Below are positions 55,730 to 64,000 of a DNA stretch of 64,000 nucleotides, piece by piece. Source of the stretch: Eledone cirrhosa. Lineage: Eukaryota. The position numbers and the translations under genes are program-made. Position 1 is the stretch's first letter, and each line of letters begins with the position of its first letter. The stretch covers positions 75,578,001 to 75,642,000 of the forward strand of contig OZ024742.1 of NCBI GenBank assembly GCA_964016885.1, in the 5' to 3' direction. Under the pieces are notes generated by a model, which ran no database searches, was not told the DNA's origin, and worked only from the letters and a program-made list of their open reading frames with translations.

Positions 55730-56390
55730 TATGTTGCCGGTTAGAGATAAACTCTACAGAAATGCCGTCATCCGTACCGGTCCGAGAAGCACCCAGGGTG
55801 ACGAAACTGCCCTGCACGCACTCATCCCATGACCAAACATTACTGACTCGGAGACATATGTCATTCAGCTACAGCCGCAGGCTGGACGGTTATCGGTTAA
55901 GATTATTCTGAAAATAGCACCGTTTTCTTCCTTTAGTCGTGAAGGACAAACAATTTTCATCTAGCTTGTCTCCGTGGCGAAAGAGGTTGTGAGGTGGAAA
56001 TTGTTGATGACAGGCACTTTCTTCTTCGGTGAGATCGTGATTATCATTTTGCTGCTTCACTTGAAGAAGATAATTGTTTCCACTTTTGGCACAAGGCCAG
56101 CAAATACCCAGTACATTACTGGTACTTTATTTTATCGACCCCGTAAGGATGAACGGCAAAGTTAACATGGGCGGGATTTGAACTCAGACCATAAAGAGTC
56201 GTAACTCTTTGCTGCAAAGCATGGCGTCCGACCCTCGACCGATACTGCCAATCCACCGCCCTTGAAGAAGATAATGAAGGTATGAGAGGGAAGTGCTGCC
56301 TGACAGCCAGTTTGTTGAAAGAAGTATGAGAGTGGTGAGCTTGGTCCGAGTGAACGAGCCTGTTCTGAGAATATGCCTGTGCATTATTGT
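55730..56390 (+). mobile_element. Degenerate 3' fragment of Tx1-like ORF2
   Basis: Homologous to about 18350-18820 (GATAAACTCTACAG, GAAACTGCCCTGCACGCACTC, TGGCGAAAGAG). Confidence 0.75.
56075..56261 (-). mobile_element. SINE A, TSD TTGAAGAAGATAAT
   Basis: Direct repeat at 56061-56074 and 56262-56275. Confidence 0.92.
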
Positions 56391-56414
56391 GTATGGAAGT
56401 CTTTCTCGGAATAT

Positions 56415-59400
56415 TTCACTCTTTAGTGTTAGCGATGGACTGGAACGGCATTTTGGACACACTGGCACTGTGTGTAATGGTAGTAACTGATAAAACGGTT
56501 TTTTGGGGGGGGTCAAAAGCCTCAAACACCTGATCAGCCAGTTACAACTGTCTGAACACTTATAGACTAGATTTTCCTAATGCGCCAGTGTGGACCTGGA
56601 CAAATCGTTTAGGGACATCTAAATCGTATTTAGATATGTTTCTAATTAGATTAGTGGATAAAGATAGTATAGGGGGTCCACAATTACATACGGTCGCCTA
56701 TTCAGACCACACGTTTGTGATCTGCATGGTCGACCTAGATAGAACCTGGAGACAGGGTCTCGGTTACTGGAAGCTTATCGTGTCGTTCCCGGCACGTAAA
56801 GTCTACAGCGACCGGATTATCAAATTAGTTACGCTGCTGTTGACAGGGGCCATCGTCAACAACAGTTGGTGCGGTGCTCTCAAGAGAGCGATTAGAGTAG
56901 AATCCATAGCAATCAGTAAAACAGTAGCGATAAGAATAAATAAAACTGAAGAGGAGTTAGAAACTAAATTAGATGAAGCGATTAGAAGTAGCATTGCAAT
57001 CGAGGTGCTAGCTGCCAGAATGGCACTAGACCATCTCTTCAATGCAGAACAGAAAGGCTGCATTGTCAGAGCTAAGGCACGTGCTCTAAGAAACGAAGGA
57101 ACGAAAGCTGTTCGATGGGCCCAAGTGTTGGAGGCACAGCGTGGTAACAAAAGAATAATTCGGTCTTTGACGGACCAAGACGGACATGAACTGAACGATT
57201 CCTGGCAGATGTGTGAGGCCTTTCATCAGCATAGTGCTCAGCTGTTCGGGGGGATGTGGGGAGTCGGAGACGCTGGCGGATTTCAGTCCCTACCGCGGTG
57301 GCCTGCCGCGTCACTCACCGGCCGACGCAGGGCGCTGCGAAAGGCCGATAACTTCAGCCGAAATTCGGGATGCCCTAGTCGGCTGTGTGAGGCGCAACTC
57401 ACCCTGATTCGATAGTGTGCCCTGCGAGCTTTACGTAGACATGCCAGACGTGTTCTCTGATCTCGTCGAAGTGCTCTACAGCAACTGGAAGCAGATCGGG
57501 ATTATTCCAAATTCTGTGAGCCGCGGCGTAGTGACGCTGATGAGAAAAGACGAGAAAAAGGGGGATAATTTAGATAAATACAGGCCCATAACCCTGCTCA
57601 ACACAGAGTTTAAGATGTTGGCAAAAATGTTAGCGAAAAGGTTGGCGATTGTCGTCGATGCTTTTGTTGGGGAGACGCAAACTTGAGCAATTCGGACCAG
57701 GTCCATACACAAAAACCTCCACCTCATAGAGAGGGTAGGGTGTAAATCTGGCTTCGGTGGGGTCTGATCAATTTTGATCAATCAAACGCTTTAGATAGGG
57801 GTTGACCATCAATACCTGGAAGCTGTCATCGAGGCGGCCGGCTTCGGCCGCGTCTTCAGAGACTTGATCGCTGCAATGCACAGCTGCATCTGCTCGGTGG
57901 TCTAAGTTAATAGCCGCCTTTCGAAACCGTTTTAGTACCCCCGCTCGGTTCGTCATGGGTGCCGTCTCTCCTCCCTTCTATACGTATTGACTCTTGTGCT
58001 TCTACTGTGGAAGCTGAAGCCGTTGCAGTGCATGCCGCTCGAACCAGAACTCGGAAATGCTGTGTCGGCTTATGCGGACGACATATCCATGATTGTATCA
58101 GACACCTCAGAAATCGAGATTTTCTGCACCTTACTGGAGGAATATGAAAAGTTGACAGGAGCGAAACTAAACCCGGAAAAGTCGGTGGGCTTCCAGCTCG
58201 GCACCTGGAGAGACAAGTCCATGCCGTCCAAAAGCGTCGTCAGATGCTGGACAGATGGACCGGTAAAGTTGTTCGGGATTTGGCTCGCAGCAGACCTCCA
58301 AGTGGATAAAAATTGGGACGAAGTGACGATCAGGGTAGCCACTCTGACATATAAATGGGCCAAGATTAGCTTTTCCTGAAAGGTCTGGTGGAATATACTA
58401 CCATCTGACCGTCGTGCCTTGCCCAGGCACGCACCACGCGAAATTGCAGCGGCTCCTCTTTAACTTCTTGTGGAGGGTACAGGTTCCGTTGGCGAGGCGG
58501 TCCATCTGCTGCCAGCACCTTCTACGCGGAGGGCTGGGTATGCCGTGGCTAATGATACTCAAACATGCGCTGAGCCTGCGGTATCTCCAGATATTCTGCC
58601 TAAACGGTGACCAGGTGTATTCGCCGTTTGTCAGAGGGGCCTTTCCACCGCTTGTCTCTTTGACTGAGCTGCACTACTGGGTCAAGAAGATACCGAGAGT
58701 GCGTGCCTGGCATCTGGAATGTTGCTAGGCGATCACTTCCCTTTACCAGGCGGGCAATGTTGTCAGTGGAACTTCCACTTAAGATTTCTATAGAGGATTA
58801 GTGGTGGGAGAGTGCGACGATGTTCTCGAAGATATTCTAGCCGTTGACGAGAACGAACTAAGCAGTCTTTTCCGGAGGAGTTTCGAGCCGATGATTATGG
58901 ACAATTTTCCAAAATCCCTCCCTTGACAGTGCTACCGGGGAGCCCTGTCGGATCGAAATAAACTTTATAGCTACGGTAGTGCAGTCAGACTGAGCTGTCT
59001 GAGATGCGCGTAGAGCGACGAAACCGTTTTGCACCCATTCGTCCATTGCCCATGTATTGCTGACTTATGGAGTTATGTCGAGCAGCTGTTATCGCATGTG
59101 ATACCAATCCGGCTATCAACCGAGTGCATAGTGAAAATCGCCCCGCCGCCTGCTTTTGGCCGGAAATAGCAGGCAATTTTCCTCTGTCTGACAGCTATAG
59201 CGAAAGAGGTTGTGTGGTGGACGTGATTGAAAGGCCTGGAGACAGACACTTTCCAATACACCGTTAACCTTTTTGAGTTCCACTTGGAAAGGAAGATAAG
59301 GACTGAGAGAGAAATGCTGCCCCCAAAACATTTTTAAAAAGATGGGTGATTGCTGCGAGGATGGCCCGTATTAATCGGCCCACTCTGGATCATGTGCCTG

Positions 59401-59654
59401 TAGGCTGGAAGGATGGAGGGAGAAAGGGGACCCCTCGTAGAGTGATCTTGGAGATGAGGGTAGGTGGGCATTTGTGGGGTTCCTAACGTCATCCCTGGGT
59501 AGTATGCCCCTCTATTGGGGAATTCTTTTGTAGGTATTCTTTTGTTAATTGTTTTTGTTTATAATTATTACTCGAATATATTTAAACCCCCACTGTCCCC
59601 TGTCTATGCATTGCCCTCTATGTTCGGCCCTTGTGGCCAATAATAAAGAAATTA

Positions 59655-59655
<1 letters not shown>
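56415..59655 (+). mobile_element. 5'-truncated Tx1-like LINE (second subfamily), ORF2 pseudogene plus 3'UTR
   Basis: WTWTNR..YLD..YSDH, YRPITLLNTEFK, AYADD and RGGLGMPWL; terminus GGCCCTTGTGGCCAATAATAAAGAAATT. Confidence 0.9.
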
Positions 59656-59692
<37 letters not shown>

Positions 59693-59694
59693 TA

Positions 59695-60330
59695 TATTTA
59701 CAAGGAGGAGGCTAGCCCACTGTGCAGGATCTGTGGAGAGAGAGAGGAGACTGTGGTTCACATTGTATCTGAGTGTAAACACCTAGCCCAGACTCACTAT
59801 AAGGGCTGGAGACATGATGTGATGGGCAGGGTGATCCACTGGCACCTATGCAAAGTAAACAATTTACCACATTCTGAGAAGTGGTATGAGCATAAGCGAG
59901 AGGCGGTGATAGAAAACGATCAGCTGAAGGTGATGTGGGATTTTAGGATACAGACGGACAAGAAACTGGAACACAATAGACCTGACCTGGTGGTTTTGGA
60001 CAAGGAAAAAAGATCGTGCCTGATTGTGGATGTGGCCTGCCCATTCGACAAGAGAAGGAGAGGGAGAAAATTAACCGATACCAGGACCTAAAGTGGGAGG
60101 TAAAAAGGATTTGGAACTGCCATGAAGTCAAATGATTGTCATAGGCGCACCAGGGATGGTTAAAGAAAATTGGCCCCGCCACGCTTTTTGGAACGCTTCA
60201 AAAGGAATGCTTGCTGGGAACAGCAAGATCCCTCTGATACGTCCTGAATATCTGAGGCTGCAGGTATTGGCTTGATATTCATTTCAACAAACTTTCCAGT
60301 TAACTAACATCAATAACTAAGACTCAAAGA
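59695..60330 (+). mobile_element. 5'-truncated R4/Dong-like LINE flanked by (AAT)n
   Basis: CRICGEREETVVHIVSEC..RPDLVVLDK..IVDVACPFD; very similar to 540-1200. Confidence 0.88.
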
Positions 60331-60356
60331 ACAACAACAATAATAATAATAATAAT

Positions 60357-62461
60357 GTTTTCTTTATTAACCACAAGGGTTCACATAAAGTAGACATTAA
60401 GGACAGTACAGGACAATACAGGACGGTACAAATGGGCATTTCTGCGTGTAAAAAAAACAGAGGTTGAAATAAAATAACAAAGAAAAATTCCCCAATAGGG
60501 GGAGACTTCCAAGGGACATTTGTGGAGAAATTTAATGCTATGTAGTGTGTATCGTTTTGGTTGTTTTGTTTTGTTTGCGTTTGTTGTGGGTTTGTTTCTA
60601 TTTCGCATTTTGGTGACTTTTGTGGTGTAGGTGATGGTGGTGTTGGAGTTAATGATGGTGATGGTGTTGGTGTTTGGGTTGATGGGGTTGGTGATGCTGG
60701 TGTGGATGGTGGCATATCTGTCCTAACTTTTTTGTTTCTTAGTTTATTTGTTTCCCTCTGTATTTTGTTTTTGGAGGGGGAAGGAAGAGAATTTTTTCTT
60801 TTTTGGTTTCTTTTTTTTTTCCGGATATCGTTTCCCACTCCTCGTCGTCACAATCTGTCTCCAGTTGTGATAGGCCGGGGAGTGGAAAATCCTCCACAGC
60901 CGTTAGTTTTGGTTGTGGTGTGGTGGATGGTGTAGGCGCTGGTGCTAGTTCTGAAGCGCTGGGTGGTGGTGGTGTTGGTTTTGCTGGTGGTGGTAGTGGT
61001 GTTGGTTTTGCTACTGTTGCTGGGGTTGTTGCTGTTATAGTTGCTTCTGTTGTTGCTGCTACAGTTGTTGCTGCCATCTCTGCTACTGGTGGTGTTGATG
61101 GTTGTGTCACTGGGGTGGGTAGGAGAGGTGGCCTCAACCTTTTAGCCTGAGGGCAGAAAGCCCTTAGGTGGGTTCCTTCACCACAAACGACACACCTAGG
61201 TCTTCTGCCCTCGACAATTACCGTGAGGTGGCTGCCGTCGTTGAGGTCTATTACCTCTGGGATCTCCTCAATGCTTTTTTGGTCCGCTTGGATCAGGAGC
61301 TCCATCCCAGATCCGGACCAGTTTTCCTGCTTTTCTTTTGCTACTGCTATTATTTTCGTGTTGGCTTCGATGCCGGCGAGGACAGCCGCTATTAGCCAGG
61401 GAATTTCGATGGCCGGTGGAACGTGGGTCACCCTGATCTTTACGAGTCTCTGGCCACAATAGCTTGGGACGAGTGTGAGGTCGTCACTTTTTAATGGGGC
61501 CATGGAGTGTTCTCTAGCCTCCTCTGGTGTTTCAAAGAACACATCCACGGTTCCATACTTTTGCCCACGTCTGATGTGGGTTTTTCTTGCCCACACATGT
61601 CCCAAAGCTTTTTGGATTTGGGACTCGGATGCCCGTTCCACTCGGCGCGATTTTACATTTATTGTTCTATACGACACGGTGCACAGGAGCCGATGCTCCA
61701 TTTTATTAGGTGGGGGGGTGGGGGGGGGGCGAGGCTGACCCTGTACCCATCTTTCTTTACCATTTGTTTGGCATTTTCTAAATCTTCTTGAGTTACCGTG
61801 AACGCTTCGAATTGTTTTGCTACGATGGCGAAACTGAGGGTCGGTTTTATAATGTCATTGTTGTTGTTGTTGCTATCGTTAATATTAATTTTATTTTCAG
61901 TTGTGGTGGTGGTGGTGACGTCAGTCGTCTTTGGTGAGGAAGAGTCCATTTTGCTTGATTTCATTTCGACGTCACGAGTTAATTTATTTTTTTCTTCTTT
62001 TGTTTCTGTTGTCGCGGTGGTGGTGGTGGTGGTGGTTGTCGCGGTGGTGGAGGTGGTGGAGGGTTTAACACCTGCAGGCATTGGTAATGGCGGGAAATGA
62101 ATGTCTGCCTGAGACAAATTTAAAATATTGCTACTGCTTATATTTTTTTTTGTGTTGGCAAACGTAGTAACATTTACAATGGTGGTGTCGGTGTGAGGTG
62201 TTATTTTGTGAGGAAGGCTTTCAGCTGCTTCGTGCAGAGGGGAATTAGCCATTTTTTTTCAAAGAAAATTTTGGATAATAATAAAAGTTAAAATTTTGGG
62301 CACAAGGCCCCAATCTTTTTGGGTGTCCTTTTCGGAAAACAATGTATGTGTGCTTATAAACAGTTTACAATAAAATTTTCCATAAATGGCAATTTTTAAA
62401 CAAACGGAAATAACAAAACTTTGCGGAGCTCACGATAATACGATTTCCTACGTAGGTCGCC
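60357..62461 (-). mobile_element. ORF1-only, internally deleted Tx1-like element with both ends intact
   Basis: 5'UTR and ORF1 (62252 to about 60530, with CCHC) are fused to the distal 3'UTR; ORF2 is absent. Confidence 0.9.
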
Positions 62462-62505
<44 letters not shown>

Positions 62506-62506
<1 letters not shown>

Positions 62507-62693
62507 TGTTTCTACTTTAGGCACAAGGCCAGCAATTATCCAGTGCATTACTGGTACTTTATTTTATCGACCCAGTAAGGATGAAAGGCAAAGTCAACCT
62601 CGGCGGCATTTGAACTCAGATCGTAAAGGGACGTAACTATGCTGGAAAGCATGGCGTCCGACCCTCTACTGATACTGCCAATCCACTGCCCTA
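62506..62693 (-). mobile_element. SINE A sandwiched between two Tx1-like elements
   Basis: Near-consensus copy with (AAT)n on both sides. Confidence 0.92.
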
Positions 62694-62718
62694 ATATAAT
62701 AATAATAATAATAATAAT

Positions 62719-64000
62719 GTTTTCTTTATTAACCACACGGGTTTACATAAAGTAGACATTAAGAGCAGTACAGGACAATACAGGACGGTACAAATGGGCA
62801 TTTCTGCGTGTAAAAATCACAGAGGATGTAATAAAAACAACAAAGAAAAATTCCCCAATAAGGGGGAGAACTCCGAGGGACATTTGTGAAGAAAGCCCAT
62901 TTAAAGACCACAGTGACCCTGACCACCAGGGCAAGTGCTCTCTCCCAGTTTTCCACCTTTAATTTACAGACACATACTCAGAGTAGGCCCATTCACTCGG
63001 GCCATACTTGCTTCTCTCACCCATCTTTCAACAAAATGCTGGGAAGAGAGCGCTTCCCTCTCTACCCTGATTTTTCTTTTCAAATGAAATTTGAAAAGGT
63101 TAATCAGGGCATCACCGAAGAGGTAAGTGCTCGTCTTCAGCCCTTTCAAACGTGTCCACCATACTATATCTTTCGCCATGGCCACCAGAGAGACAAAAAC
63201 TGCCTGCCCTTCCCGGCTAAAGGAAGAGGGCGGGGCAATCCTCACGATGGACTCAGCTGATAGCTGGATCCGTCCTACACGTGACAGCAGGTGTTCGACA
63301 TAAACCCACAAGTCAGCAATGCTCGGAAACTGGACGAGTGCGTGCAGGAGTGTTTCGTCGCCCTGCGCGCATCTCGGATATGCCCGGCTGACGGCACCTC
63401 CATGCCTGTAGAGTTTATCCCGAACTGGCAAATCCCCCCGGTAGCACTGCCAGGCCAGGGATTTCTGAAAGTTGTCCATAGGCCCCGGCCCGAAAGTCCT
63501 TCCGAATAGATTGGCTAGTTGATTTTCGTCGACGCCTAGAGTTCCCCAAGTACGTCGTCGCTCTTCACCTCCACTAATCCTCTATAGAACGCCAAGGTGG
63601 AGTTTCCACCGATCACATTGCCCGATTGGTCGAGGGCTGTGAGCGTCTGAAGACATTCCAGTCTTCAAGCGCTCCCTCTCGGTCTTCGCTTGACCCAGGA
63701 CTGCAGCTCCGTCAAGGAGACGAGCTGGGGAAAGACGTGTCTAGCAAACGGCGACCACACCTGATCACCGTCGAGGAAGAGGTGGAGATGTCGTAGCCTG
63801 AGCGCATGTCTGCGCATCATCAGCCACGGCATGCCTAGCCCTCCACGTAGCGGGTTTTGACAGCAGATGGACCGCCTGACCATCGGAGCGCGTCCCTTCC
63901 ACAAAGAGCGAAAGAGCAAACGCTGCAGCGCAGTTAAGCGGGGCTTAGGACAAGGTACGACGGTCAGGCGGTAGTAGATGACGGACGCGATGTACGCGTT
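62719..64000 (-). mobile_element. 3' portion of a Tx1-like LINE that continues beyond the window
   Basis: Closely similar to 17790-19064 (MDNFQKSLAW..., RGGLGMPWLMMRR). Confidence 0.92.

Overview
AT-rich, repeat-saturated eukaryotic DNA with no intact host gene. The SINE and repeat types resemble those I recall from octopod cephalopods (inference, not searched). Contents: one full-length but mutated L1-clade/Tx1-like LINE (13200-19064) plus deleted or fragmentary relatives; R4/Dong-like LINE remnants with a restriction-like endonuclease; about 16 copies of one tRNA-derived SINE; two Chapaev3-like (CMC) DNA transposons with TWA target-site duplications (TSDs); Tc1/mariner remnants and MITEs; bipartite RTE-derived elements; Penelope-like GIY-YIG and hammerhead-type fragments; and long (TA)n tracts, several at the centre of inverted duplications. 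The most interesting signal is an apparent (ATT)n-targeting SINE/Tx1 partnership. SINE and LINE share a 3' CUUGU-loop hairpin whose stem differs between subfamilies but stays paired, all three LINE 5' ends abut a same-strand SINE, and one LINE copy is an ORF1-only derivative. Boundaries of degenerate elements are approximate, and family names come from motif recognition only.
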